A stretch of 28,550 nt of DNA from a virus. Lineage: Duplodnaviria > Caudoviricetes. The stretch lies in the IMG/VR virus record IMGVR_UViG_3300005611_000155, positions 1 to 28,550 of that record; one strand, 5' to 3'. The notes under the pieces are model-generated. The model saw only the letters and a program-made list of their open reading frames with translations, was not told the DNA's origin and ran no database searches. Position 1 is the first letter of the stretch; the number at the start of each line of letters is the position of its first letter. A program made the position numbers and the translations under genes. Below, in pieces: positions 14,497-22,832 of the stretch.

Positions 14497-17325
14497 ATGC
14501 CTGTGTTAGACAGGATCGATCCTAAGTTACTCAAGAACATCAAGTCTTTGCCTATAGAAGAGCAGGCGGAGATATTAAACCTAATAGAAGAACTTGAAGA
14601 AGCTGAGAAGAAAGAGCTTGCTCGGAAAGACTTCATGGGTTTTGTTAACTTGGTTTGGCCTGCGTTTATTGCTGGAAGACATCATGCGATTATGGCAAAT
14701 GCCTTTGAGAGGGTTGCGAGGGGTGAGTTAAAGCGGCTAATCATTAACATGCCGCCTCGTCATACCAAGTCTGAGTTTGCATCATTCTTGTTGCCAGCTT
14801 GGTTTCTTGGCAACTACCCTGAAAAGAAAATCATTCAGACGGCACACACCGCTGAACTATCTGTTGGTTTTGGCAGAAAGGTTCGTAACCTTGTAGACAG
14901 TGATGATTACAAGGACATATTTCCAGATCTGGCATTACGGTCTGATTCAAAGGCAGCGGGTCGCTGGAGCACTAACAAGAACGGCGAATACTTCGCTATT
15001 GGTGTTGGCGGTGCTGTAACAGGTAAAGGTGCTGACCTGCTGATTATTGATGACCCTCATTCAGAACAAGAGGGGCAAAGTGCAGACCCCGGTGTGTTTG
15101 ACAGGGTATATGAATGGTATACCTCTGGGCCTCGACAGCGTTTACAGCCCGGCGGGTCTATCATTGTGGTTATGTGCATGACCGGTGATACTCCGGTTTT
15201 AATGGCAGATGGAACAGAAAGTTTCCTCCAGAATATTCGCCCCGGCGACTTAGTGGCTACATTTGATAACGGGAAACTATCCACCGCCAAAGTAAACAAC
15301 TGGCAGTCAAGTGGTGTTGATTTTATATACCAGATACAAACACAATCTGGTAGAATACTTCGAGCAAACGAGAGACATCCGTTTCTTGTAATGAACGAAG
15401 GGGTTCTGGAATGGACGCGGTTAAAACATTTGAAGACGGGGGATTTACTTGTATCGTTGAGGGATGCGGTAGACCCTCAAGGGCAAAAACAAAGCCCGGA
15501 AAATGCGCTGCTTGCATGTCAAAAGAATGCTATCACCGAAAAAACCCTGACGCACCGTATAAGCCAATTGGGGCATATGGTAAGTGGAAAGGTAAAGTCT
15601 GTAATTGCGGAGAGCCAGTACATTGTAAAGGGGTTTGCGTTAAGTGTTACAGAAAACAATACACTCCGCCCAAGCGCACTCCAGAAAAAAACAGAGCCAG
15701 CCGAATCAAACATCGTTACGGCATCACTTTGGAGCAGTACGAAACAATGGCTGCAGAGCGCAATAACCGCTGCGATGTCTGCGGGCAACCGCCGACCGAG
15801 CATAACACCCGAGCGCACTGGAACGGAAAGCTCTGCATTGACCACTGCCACGATACAGGAAAGGTTAGAGGCTTGCTTTGCAACGACTGCAACCTTGCTG
15901 TCGGATACGGAAAAACGCCAAGCATACTTGAGCGAGCTGCATCGTATCTCAGACTTCACGGTGGATCGAATAGTATCGATAACACCTGACGGCGAAGAAG
16001 AAGTTTTTGATGTTGAAATAGATCGAACTGAAAACTTTATAGCAAATGGTATTGTTAGCCACAACACCCGATGGCACAAAAGAGATCTTACCGGACAGAT
16101 ATTAAAGTCATCCCTCCAGAGAAGAGGATCGGATGAATGGGAGGTCATCGAGTTCCCGGCATTGATGCCATCAGATGAACCCCTGTGGCCTGAGTTCTGG
16201 CCAAAAGAAGAATTGCTTGCATTAAGGAACGAACTACCATCCCCTAAATGGAATGCCCAGTACCAGCAGAACCCAACCTCAGAAGAGGGCGCTCTGGTTA
16301 AAAGGGAATGGTGGAAGGAATGGGAATCGGACAAACCCCCGGCTTGTGAGTTTATTATCCAGTCATGGGACACAGCATTCCTAAAAACACAAAGAGCTGA
16401 CTACTCTGCTTGTACAACATGGGGTGTATTTTACGCACCAGATGACACAGGCACCCTACAGGCAAACATTATTCTTCTGGACGCACACAAAGAGCGGCTG
16501 GAGTTTCCAGAGCTTAAGAAGAAAGCCTACGAGTTCTGGTTAGACTGGCAGCCGGATGCGTTTATTGTTGAAGCCAAGGCTGCGGGTATGCCGTTGATCT
16601 TTGAGCTTAGAGCGATGGGTATTCCGGTGTCAGAGTACACCCCCTCGCGTGGCAACGATAAGATCGCAAGGGTTAATGCGGTTGCCGATCTGTTTGCGTC
16701 TGGCAAGGTTTGGGCACCAAAGATGCGATTCGCAGAAGAAGTTATTGAAGAGTTTGCATCATTCCCAGCCGGGGAGCATGATGACTTAGTTGACTCATCG
16801 ACCCAAGCATTGTTACGGTTTAGACAGGGCGGATTCCTAAGACTGGATTCCGATGAGATCACAGCACTGGTAGCTGACACGCCGTTTGATGAGTGGCCAG
16901 AGCCAATGCCAGTGTGGGCAGCACAGCCTTGGGATTGCAGCTCGCATCATCACGCAGTTTATAAAATTGATAGGGCGACACCGTGCCCTTGGCTTGCTAA
17001 GATAGACGGTAATTTCTACCCAGCGAAGTATTACTTTACGGTAGATTACACAGAAAGCGAAATAGCAGACGATCCAGCTCAACACAAGCAGAGCCATGTT
17101 TTAGAGCTTCTTGATGCTGGCCCTTGGACGGGAAATATTGTTGCCCTTCCAAACAACCGTGTTAGGGTTACGCATCCAGCATGGTTTGAAACTGGGGAGG
17201 GAGCGCCAGACTTTAGGCCTTCTCAACACACTCATTACAGTAAGTCAGACCTAGATTACACATTAGATGTGAATCAGGTTTTTGATAATCTATATGCAGG
17301 AGATTCAAATGAAGATGAAGAGTAA
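14497..17325 (+). CDS. terL: Terminase large subunit, intein-containing, with an unrelated ~155 aa C-terminal fusion after ~16857
   Basis: Walker A MPPRHTKS, Walker B LLIIDDP, motif III VM|TRW, nuclease QSWDTA and HDDLVDS. Confidence 0.95.
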   Translation: MPVLDRIDPKLLKNIKSLPIEEQAEILNLIEELEEAEKKELARKDFMGFVNLVWPAFIAGRHHAIMANAFERVARGELKRLIINMPPRHTKSEFASFLLPAWFLGNYPEKKIIQTAHTAELSVGFGRKVRNLVDSDDYKDIFPDLALRSDSKAAGRWSTNKNGEYFAIGVGGAVTGKGADLLIIDDPHSEQEGQSADPGVFDRVYEWYTSGPRQRLQPGGSIIVVMCMTGDTPVLMADGTESFLQNIRPGDLVATFDNGKLSTAKVNNWQSSGVDFIYQIQTQSGRILRANERHPFLVMNEGVLEWTRLKHLKTGDLLVSLRDAVDPQGQKQSPENALLACQKNAITEKTLTHRISQLGHMVSGKVKSVIAESQYIVKGFALSVTENNTLRPSALQKKTEPAESNIVTASLWSSTKQWLQSAITAAMSAGNRRPSITPERTGTESSALTTATIQERLEACFATTATLLSDTEKRQAYLSELHRISDFTVDRIVSITPDGEEEVFDVEIDRTENFIANGIVSHNTRWHKRDLTGQILKSSLQRRGSDEWEVIEFPALMPSDEPLWPEFWPKEELLALRNELPSPKWNAQYQQNPTSEEGALVKREWWKEWESDKPPACEFIIQSWDTAFLKTQRADYSACTTWGVFYAPDDTGTLQANIILLDAHKERLEFPELKKKAYEFWLDWQPDAFIVEAKAAGMPLIFELRAMGIPVSEYTPSRGNDKIARVNAVADLFASGKVWAPKMRFAEEVIEEFASFPAGEHDDLVDSSTQALLRFRQGGFLRLDSDEITALVADTPFDEWPEPMPVWAAQPWDCSSHHHAVYKIDRATPCPWLAKIDGNFYPAKYYFTVDYTESEIADDPAQHKQSHVLELLDAGPWTGNIVALPNNRVRVTHPAWFETGEGAPDFRPSQHTHYSKSDLDYTLDVNQVFDNLYAGDSNEDEE
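15175..16065 (+). mobile_element. Intein (297 aa) in terL, C1...HN|T+1
   Basis: Block A CMTGDTPVLMADG, block B LRANERHPFLV, blocks F/G VFDVEIDRTENFIANGIVSHN; removal restores IIVVM-TRWHKRDL. Confidence 0.95.
15411..15989 (+). CDS. Endonuclease VII-family (His-Me) homing endonuclease nested out of frame within the intein
   Basis: RYGITLEQY...CDVC...LCIDHCHDTGKVRGLLCNDCN...ILERAASYL; two N-terminal Cys4 clusters; GAAGGGG 7 nt before ATG. Confidence 0.92.
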   Translation: MDAVKTFEDGGFTCIVEGCGRPSRAKTKPGKCAACMSKECYHRKNPDAPYKPIGAYGKWKGKVCNCGEPVHCKGVCVKCYRKQYTPPKRTPEKNRASRIKHRYGITLEQYETMAAERNNRCDVCGQPPTEHNTRAHWNGKLCIDHCHDTGKVRGLLCNDCNLAVGYGKTPSILERAASYLRLHGGSNSIDNT

Positions 17326-17614
17326 GGGCTATATGGCTGGCGGCAAGACCAAGGGTTACAAAGCTGGCGGAAAGATAAAGATGGTAGAGAAGGATGGAAA
17401 AAAAGTTCCATTCTTTGCAGCTGACGGTCAAGGCAAGATGGCCAAAGGCGGCAAGGTTCCAACAACCAAAGGTTATTTCCGTGGCGGAAAGGTAATGGGA
17501 TCTAAAGGCATGGCTAAGGGCGGCAAGATGATGTCGTCAAAAGGAATGGCAAAAGGCGGAGTTGTTAGAGGCTCTGGCGCAGCAAGAAAGCAAAACTTCA
17601 CTAGGAACGGATAA
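17309..17614 (+). CDS. Small basic Lys/Gly/Met-rich protein with xxxGG repeats
   Basis: AGGAG RBS before ATG 17309; TAATG coupling to portal. Confidence 0.75.
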   Translation: MKMKSKGYMAGGKTKGYKAGGKIKMVEKDGKKVPFFAADGQGKMAKGGKVPTTKGYFRGGKVMGSKGMAKGGKMMSSKGMAKGGVVRGSGAARKQNFTRNG

Positions 17615-20073
17615 TGGCTATTGACCGTCCCTTGCGGACAGAGATCCAAGACCAAGAAGAATCAGCTTTAGAAATTGAAGTTGTTAACCCCGAAGCGGTT
17701 TCAATAGAGACCGAAGACGGCGGCGTTCTTATTGATTTTGGAGACAGCTTAGAGTCTGATTTGTCTGAAGATCACAACGCAAACCTAGCAGATTTCATTG
17801 ACGAAAGAGATCTAACAAGCATCTGCCTTGATCTGGTTAGCTCGTACCGAGCGGACAAAGAAAGCAGGTCAGACTGGGAGCGGTCATATGTTAAAGGGCT
17901 AGATCTTCTTGGTTTAAAAAACGAAGACAGAACCCAGCCTTGGGACGGAGCTTGTGGTGTATTTCACCCCCTGCTAACAGAATCTGTTATAAAGTTTCAG
18001 TCTCAATCAATTCAGGAAATCTTTCCTGCCAGAGGTCCGGTTAAAACGGCCATTGTTGGCAAGATTGATGAAAAGAAAACAAAGCAAGCAGAGCGAGTTC
18101 AAAACTACTTAAACTACTTGCTTACAGAAAAAATGACAGAGTATCGGTCAGAGACAGAAAAGATGCTCTTTTCTTTGCCATTAGCTGGCAGTGCTTTTAG
18201 AAAAGTGTATTTTGATCCCAGTTTGGGCCGTCCTTGTAGTATGTTTGTCCCAGCTGAAGACTTTGTTGTCAGCTACGGTGCATCGGATTTAACAACATGC
18301 GAGCGGGCAACGCATGTTATGAAAAAGAGTAACAACGATATTCGTAAACTTCAGGTGTCTGGGTTCTATCGAGACATTGAATTACCTGCGGCATCTCCTA
18401 ACACTGATGAGATCGAGCGCAAATACAACGAGTTAACGGGTGACTCGGCCAGTTATGACTATGATTCTCGGCACTCAATCCTTGAGATGCATGTTAATTT
18501 AGACTTGCCGGGCTTTGAAGACATGGAAGATGGAGAGCCTACTGGCATTAATCTTCCCTATGTGGTGGCTATAGATCAAAGTTCACGAACAATTCTATCG
18601 ATTAGACGTAACTGGTATGAGGATGACCCGCTAAAAAACAAGCGAGAGCACTTCGTTCACTATCAGTACATGCCCGGACTAGGTTTTTATGGGTTTGGAT
18701 TGATCCATATGATTGGTGGTTTAGCAAAATCAGCCACCTCATTGCTCCGACAGCTGGTGGATGCGGGTACATTATCCAACTTACCGGGCGGATTAAAGTC
18801 CAGAGGGCTTAGAATCAAGGGTGATGACACCCCAATCATGCCCGGAGAGTTCCGTGATGTCGATGTACCGGGTGGAGCCATCCGAGATAACATCGCATTT
18901 CTGCCATATAAAGAGCCAAGTAACGTTTTATACCAGTTAATGGGCGATATTGTCGAAGAAGGCCGCAGATTTGCATCTGCAGCAGACGTAAAAGCGTCCG
19001 ATATGAACGGCGAAGCGCCAGTTGGCACCACATTGGCCATATTAGAGCGGTCAATGAAGGTTATGAGCGCTGTTCAAGCCCGATTACATGCGTCTATGCG
19101 GGTAGAATTACGTCTTTTAACAGGAATTGTGCGGGATCATGGCCCAGAGGCCTACCCATATGAGGAAGATGGCGACCCAATAGTGGTTGAGGACTTCGAT
19201 AATCGCATTGACATTATTCCTGTAAGCGATCCTAACGCTGGAACGATGGCACAGCGTATTATGCAGTACCAAGCGGCGCTACAACTGGCGGCACAGGCTC
19301 CAGAAATGTACGATTTACCGCTATTACACCGTCAAATGTTAGAAGTTCTTGGAATACGAGACGCTGACGAGATAGTTCCAACAGATAAGGACATGAGACC
19401 TACCGATCCGGTTAGTGAGAACATGAATATCATTAACGGCAAGCCGGTTAAGGCGTTTATCTACCAAGATCATGAAGCTCACATCCAAACCCACATGGCA
19501 ATGATTCAAGATCCAACCATTATGGAAGTTATGGGTAAGAGTCCAAACGCGAAGAAGGCTCAGGCAGAGCTGTCAGCGCACGTTCAAGAACACTTGGCGT
19601 TCAAATACCGTCAAGACATAGAGAAGCAGCTGGGTGTAGAATTGCCAGCACCAGATCAACCAATGCCAGAAGATATCGAGTATCGAATCTCTCGTTTGGT
19701 AGCGCCTGCTGCAGCACAGCTGTCCGGAAAGGCAGCAAAAGAACAGCAGATGCAACAAAATGAAAAGCAGATGCAAGATCCTTTGATTCAGATTCAGATG
19801 CAAGAGCTGCAAATTAAACAGCAACAGGTACAGCAGCGAGCTGAAGCAGAGATGGCCAAGCTACAGCTAGAAGCTCAGAAGGCTATGGCAAAAGCGCAGC
19901 TTGATCAGCAGAAACTTGATCAGCAATCACAGATCGAACAGGCAAGATTAGGTGTTAAGATATCTGAAACAAACACCAAGGACGAACTTGAAAGCAAAAG
20001 AATTGCTTCACAAGAACAAATAGCAGGTGCTAAACTAGGTGTAGATATTGCTAAAGACCTAATGGGTAGGTAA
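17614..20073 (+). CDS. Portal protein (P22-like, Gln-rich C-terminal barrel)
   Basis: 819 aa after terL; PWDGACGVFHPLL, GFYGFGLIH motifs; Q-rich helical tail. Confidence 0.88.
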   Translation: MAIDRPLRTEIQDQEESALEIEVVNPEAVSIETEDGGVLIDFGDSLESDLSEDHNANLADFIDERDLTSICLDLVSSYRADKESRSDWERSYVKGLDLLGLKNEDRTQPWDGACGVFHPLLTESVIKFQSQSIQEIFPARGPVKTAIVGKIDEKKTKQAERVQNYLNYLLTEKMTEYRSETEKMLFSLPLAGSAFRKVYFDPSLGRPCSMFVPAEDFVVSYGASDLTTCERATHVMKKSNNDIRKLQVSGFYRDIELPAASPNTDEIERKYNELTGDSASYDYDSRHSILEMHVNLDLPGFEDMEDGEPTGINLPYVVAIDQSSRTILSIRRNWYEDDPLKNKREHFVHYQYMPGLGFYGFGLIHMIGGLAKSATSLLRQLVDAGTLSNLPGGLKSRGLRIKGDDTPIMPGEFRDVDVPGGAIRDNIAFLPYKEPSNVLYQLMGDIVEEGRRFASAADVKASDMNGEAPVGTTLAILERSMKVMSAVQARLHASMRVELRLLTGIVRDHGPEAYPYEEDGDPIVVEDFDNRIDIIPVSDPNAGTMAQRIMQYQAALQLAAQAPEMYDLPLLHRQMLEVLGIRDADEIVPTDKDMRPTDPVSENMNIINGKPVKAFIYQDHEAHIQTHMAMIQDPTIMEVMGKSPNAKKAQAELSAHVQEHLAFKYRQDIEKQLGVELPAPDQPMPEDIEYRISRLVAPAAAQLSGKAAKEQQMQQNEKQMQDPLIQIQMQELQIKQQQVQQRAEAEMAKLQLEAQKAMAKAQLDQQKLDQQSQIEQARLGVKISETNTKDELESKRIASQEQIAGAKLGVDIAKDLMGR

Positions 20074-20267
20074 TGAAAGACGAAGTAGATATACTTAATT
20101 ACTTAGTTTCTAACATTAGAAACAGTATGAATGAGATGGCAGATCATATTAGCACTGGTGGATGCGAGAGTTTTGATGCATACACCAAGTGTTGCGGAAT
20201 CATACACGGACTTGCGGTAGCAGAAAGAGAGATTCTTGATCTAAAGTCCAAGTATGAGGAAGCGTAG
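20073..20267 (+). CDS. Hypothetical protein
   Basis: TAATG coupling to portal; YTKCCGIIHGL motif. Confidence 0.7.
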   Translation: MKDEVDILNYLVSNIRNSMNEMADHISTGGCESFDAYTKCCGIIHGLAVAEREILDLKSKYEEA

Positions 20268-20339
20268 CGACTCTGGGCGCTAACCCAGTGCAGCGACTCT
20301 AGGCGCAATCCTAGTGCAACAACTCCGGTTATCCGGTGC
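20266..20339 (+). repeat. Three tandem hairpin repeats upstream of groES
   Basis: AGCGACT-CTGGG(CGCTAA)CCCAG-TGC; AGCGACT-CTAGG(CGCAAT)CCTAG-TGC; AACAACT-CCGG(TTAT)CCGG-TGC. Confidence 0.85.
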
Positions 20340-20350
20340 AAGAGGTGAAC

Positions 20351-20728
20351 ATGACGGAAGTCGTGCAAATGAAAGAGGCGGAAGAGCCTCGCAAGGCAGC
20401 TCAGTTGCCTAAGCCGAAAGGCTATAAAATACTGATCGCGTTACCAGACCCCGAAAAGGAATTTGCGGGTGGCATTATTAAGTCTGCCAAAACGATTCAA
20501 GATGAAGAGGTCGGCTCACTTGTTGGCATGGTTCTAGAAATGGGGCCGGATTGCTACAAGGATCCAGCGCGGTTCCCCTCTGGCCCCTACTGTTCACAGG
20601 GCGATTGGATTCTCATGAGATCTTATTCAGGCACCCGTTTTAAAGTGCATGGAAAAGAGTTTCGATTGATTAACGATGATAGCGTTGAGGCTATCGTTGA
20701 AGATCCGAGGGGGATTGTCAAAGTATGA
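20351..20728 (+). CDS. groES: Phage co-chaperonin GroES (Cpn10-like)
   Basis: PKGYKILI, mobile loop GGII, GMVLEMGP, GDWI..YSGT..K..GKEFRLINDD; GAGGT RBS before ATG 20351. Confidence 0.85.
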   Translation: MTEVVQMKEAEEPRKAAQLPKPKGYKILIALPDPEKEFAGGIIKSAKTIQDEEVGSLVGMVLEMGPDCYKDPARFPSGPYCSQGDWILMRSYSGTRFKVHGKEFRLINDDSVEAIVEDPRGIVKV

Positions 20729-21747
20729 GTAATCAAATGGAAGCGCAAACAGCAGAAGACAAATTTTTTGGCGTTAAGACTACCTTCGATAAGAAGGCAA
20801 AGAAGGCGGAAGAACAGTCTGATATTGATCTTGAAATCATTGATGATCGACCCGAGGAAGACCAGCGCCCACAAAAGGCAAAGGATTCTGGCGATGATGA
20901 CATTAGTGATGATGAGCTTGGTCAGTATTCGGAAAAAGTTCAGAAGCGCTTAAACAAACTTAAGTACGACTATCACGAAGAGCGCCGACAGCGAGAAGCA
21001 GCCGAGCGCATGCGTGAAGAAGCAGTTCGTGTTGCCCAGCAGGTGACCGGCAAAAACCAAGAGTATGAGGCAATCATATCTCGTGGCGAGGCAGCGCTTG
21101 TTGGTCAGATACAAGAGCGAGCAAAGCTAACACTTGAGCAAGCAAAGAATGCTTATCGTAACGCCTATGAAGAAGGCGACACCGATAAGATTATTGAAAC
21201 TCAAGAAAGGCTGTACAAAGCCCAAGCTGAGTTTTCTGAGGCGGAAAAGTATCGCAACAATCTTGAACAAAGATTTAGAGCGCAGCCTCCTGTTCAGAAT
21301 AACCAGCGGGTAACCCAACAAGCGGCACAGCAGGTTGCACAGCAACCACAGGTTCCAAGACCTGACCCTGCCGCAGAAGAGTGGGCCAAAGGAAATGAAT
21401 GGTTCATGAAGCCCGGCCATGAAGAGATGACGGCCTTGGCTTATGGATCGCATACCGCTGCAATAAACAACGGTATTAAAGTAAATTCACCGGAATACTT
21501 TGAGTACATTGATAATCGTGTACGCAGTGCATTCCCTGAATATGATTGGCAGGATAAGCGGGTAGATAGCCGTACCGCGTCTGCGACTGCCAATTCTAGG
21601 ACTTCCTCGGTAGTCGCTCCTTCCTCTAGGAACAATGGAGCAAAACCGCGCAAAGTGCAGTTATCGGCTACTCAGGTTTCTCTCGCCAAGAGACTTGGGT
21701 TAACCCCAGAGCAATATGCCAAGCAACTCTTGAAGGAGAACATGTGA
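20725..21747 (+). CDS. Putative scaffolding protein
   Basis: Acidic N-terminus, long coiled coil, C-terminal AKRLGLTPEQYAK; upstream of capsid genes. Confidence 0.75.
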   Translation: MSNQMEAQTAEDKFFGVKTTFDKKAKKAEEQSDIDLEIIDDRPEEDQRPQKAKDSGDDDISDDELGQYSEKVQKRLNKLKYDYHEERRQREAAERMREEAVRVAQQVTGKNQEYEAIISRGEAALVGQIQERAKLTLEQAKNAYRNAYEEGDTDKIIETQERLYKAQAEFSEAEKYRNNLEQRFRAQPPVQNNQRVTQQAAQQVAQQPQVPRPDPAAEEWAKGNEWFMKPGHEEMTALAYGSHTAAINNGIKVNSPEYFEYIDNRVRSAFPEYDWQDKRVDSRTASATANSRTSSVVAPSSRNNGAKPRKVQLSATQVSLAKRLGLTPEQYAKQLLKENM

Positions 21748-22199
21748 TGGCTGAAGAGCGCACCCCAAGAAGTAAAGATACGCGTCAAGAAGAAGTACGT
21801 CCATCTGATAGCTGGGTACCTGCTTCGATCCTACCAACTCCCGATCCTCGGGACGGGTGGGTTCATCGCTGGATACGAACTAGCACTTTAGGAAACGCTG
21901 ACAACACTAACGTGTCTAAGATGTTCCGAGAGGGCTGGGAACCATGCAAAGCAGAGGAATATCAAGAGTTGATGGTTCAATCCGATGTAGGTTCTCGCTT
22001 TGCGGGTAACATCGAGATTGGCGGCCTGTTGCTATGTCGAGCGCCAAAAGAAAAAATGGAAGCCCGGCAAAGACACTTTAATCAGGTTGCAGAAAACCAG
22101 ATGGATTCTGTTGATAACAACTTCTTACGCGAAAATGACCCTCGTATGCCTCTGCTAAAACCAGAGCGTAACACGAGAACAACATTTGGCAGGAGTTAA
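21744..22199 (+). CDS. Conserved head-region hypothetical protein
   Basis: HRWIR...REGWEP...GGLLL pattern; position between scaffold and capsid genes. Confidence 0.7.
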   Translation: MMAEERTPRSKDTRQEEVRPSDSWVPASILPTPDPRDGWVHRWIRTSTLGNADNTNVSKMFREGWEPCKAEEYQELMVQSDVGSRFAGNIEIGGLLLCRAPKEKMEARQRHFNQVAENQMDSVDNNFLRENDPRMPLLKPERNTRTTFGRS

Positions 22200-22240
22200 C
22201 CTCTGGCAGGGGGTGCTCCTAATTAGTAAGGAGGCCTACA

Positions 22241-22819
22241 ATGGCTACCACTGCAACCCCTATGGGTGCGGAACCTACTGATACGCTGAGTGCGAGCGGC
22301 TCTTTCACCGGAAAAGTTCGTCACATCAAAGTTGCAAGTGGGTACGGCACCGCTATTTTTTATGGCGATTTCGTCAAGTTAGTAAACACAGGTACAGTTG
22401 AGAAAGATACTGGCACCACCACACTAACGCCTGTTGGTGTTTTTGTTGGTTGTGCTTTCACCAGTCCTACAACTGGCGAATTAACTTTTTCTCAGACGTT
22501 TCCTGCAAGCACAGCAGCAAGCGACATTGTCGCCTATGTTGTTGATGATCCAAACGTGTTGATGCGTATGCAGTCTGATGAGGCTATCGCACAAACAGGC
22601 TTGGGCAACAACGTTGCTGTAGTACAAACCGCTGGATCAACTAGCATCGGACGCAGCAAAAATGCTGTTGACGGTTCATCTATTGATACCACCAACACAC
22701 TGCCTTTGCGAATCATCGACTTTGTTGATGGCCCCAACAGTGCAGTAGGTGATACCTACACAGATGTGATCGTTAAGTTCAATGCTGGCCACCAGTATTC
22801 CAACACCACTGGCGTATAA
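22241..22819 (+). CDS. Putative capsid decoration/cement protein
   Basis: Thr/Gly/Val-rich, IFYGDFV and VVDDP motifs, TAAGGAGG RBS, directly before the capsid gene. Confidence 0.65.
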   Translation: MATTATPMGAEPTDTLSASGSFTGKVRHIKVASGYGTAIFYGDFVKLVNTGTVEKDTGTTTLTPVGVFVGCAFTSPTTGELTFSQTFPASTAASDIVAYVVDDPNVLMRMQSDEAIAQTGLGNNVAVVQTAGSTSIGRSKNAVDGSSIDTTNTLPLRIIDFVDGPNSAVGDTYTDVIVKFNAGHQYSNTTGV

Positions 22820-22832
22820 GGAGAATTAAGCA

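Noticed and set aside
15519-16373. 284-aa antisense ORF across the intein (a third open frame)
   Set aside because: No recognisable motif; antisense shadow ORFs also occur opposite the annealase, portal and tail genes, so it is probably a by-product
20266-20339. Possible mini-CRISPR, tRNA or CIRCE element
   Set aside because: No spacers, no cloverleaf or T-loop, no TTAGCACTC-N9-GAGTGCTAA match
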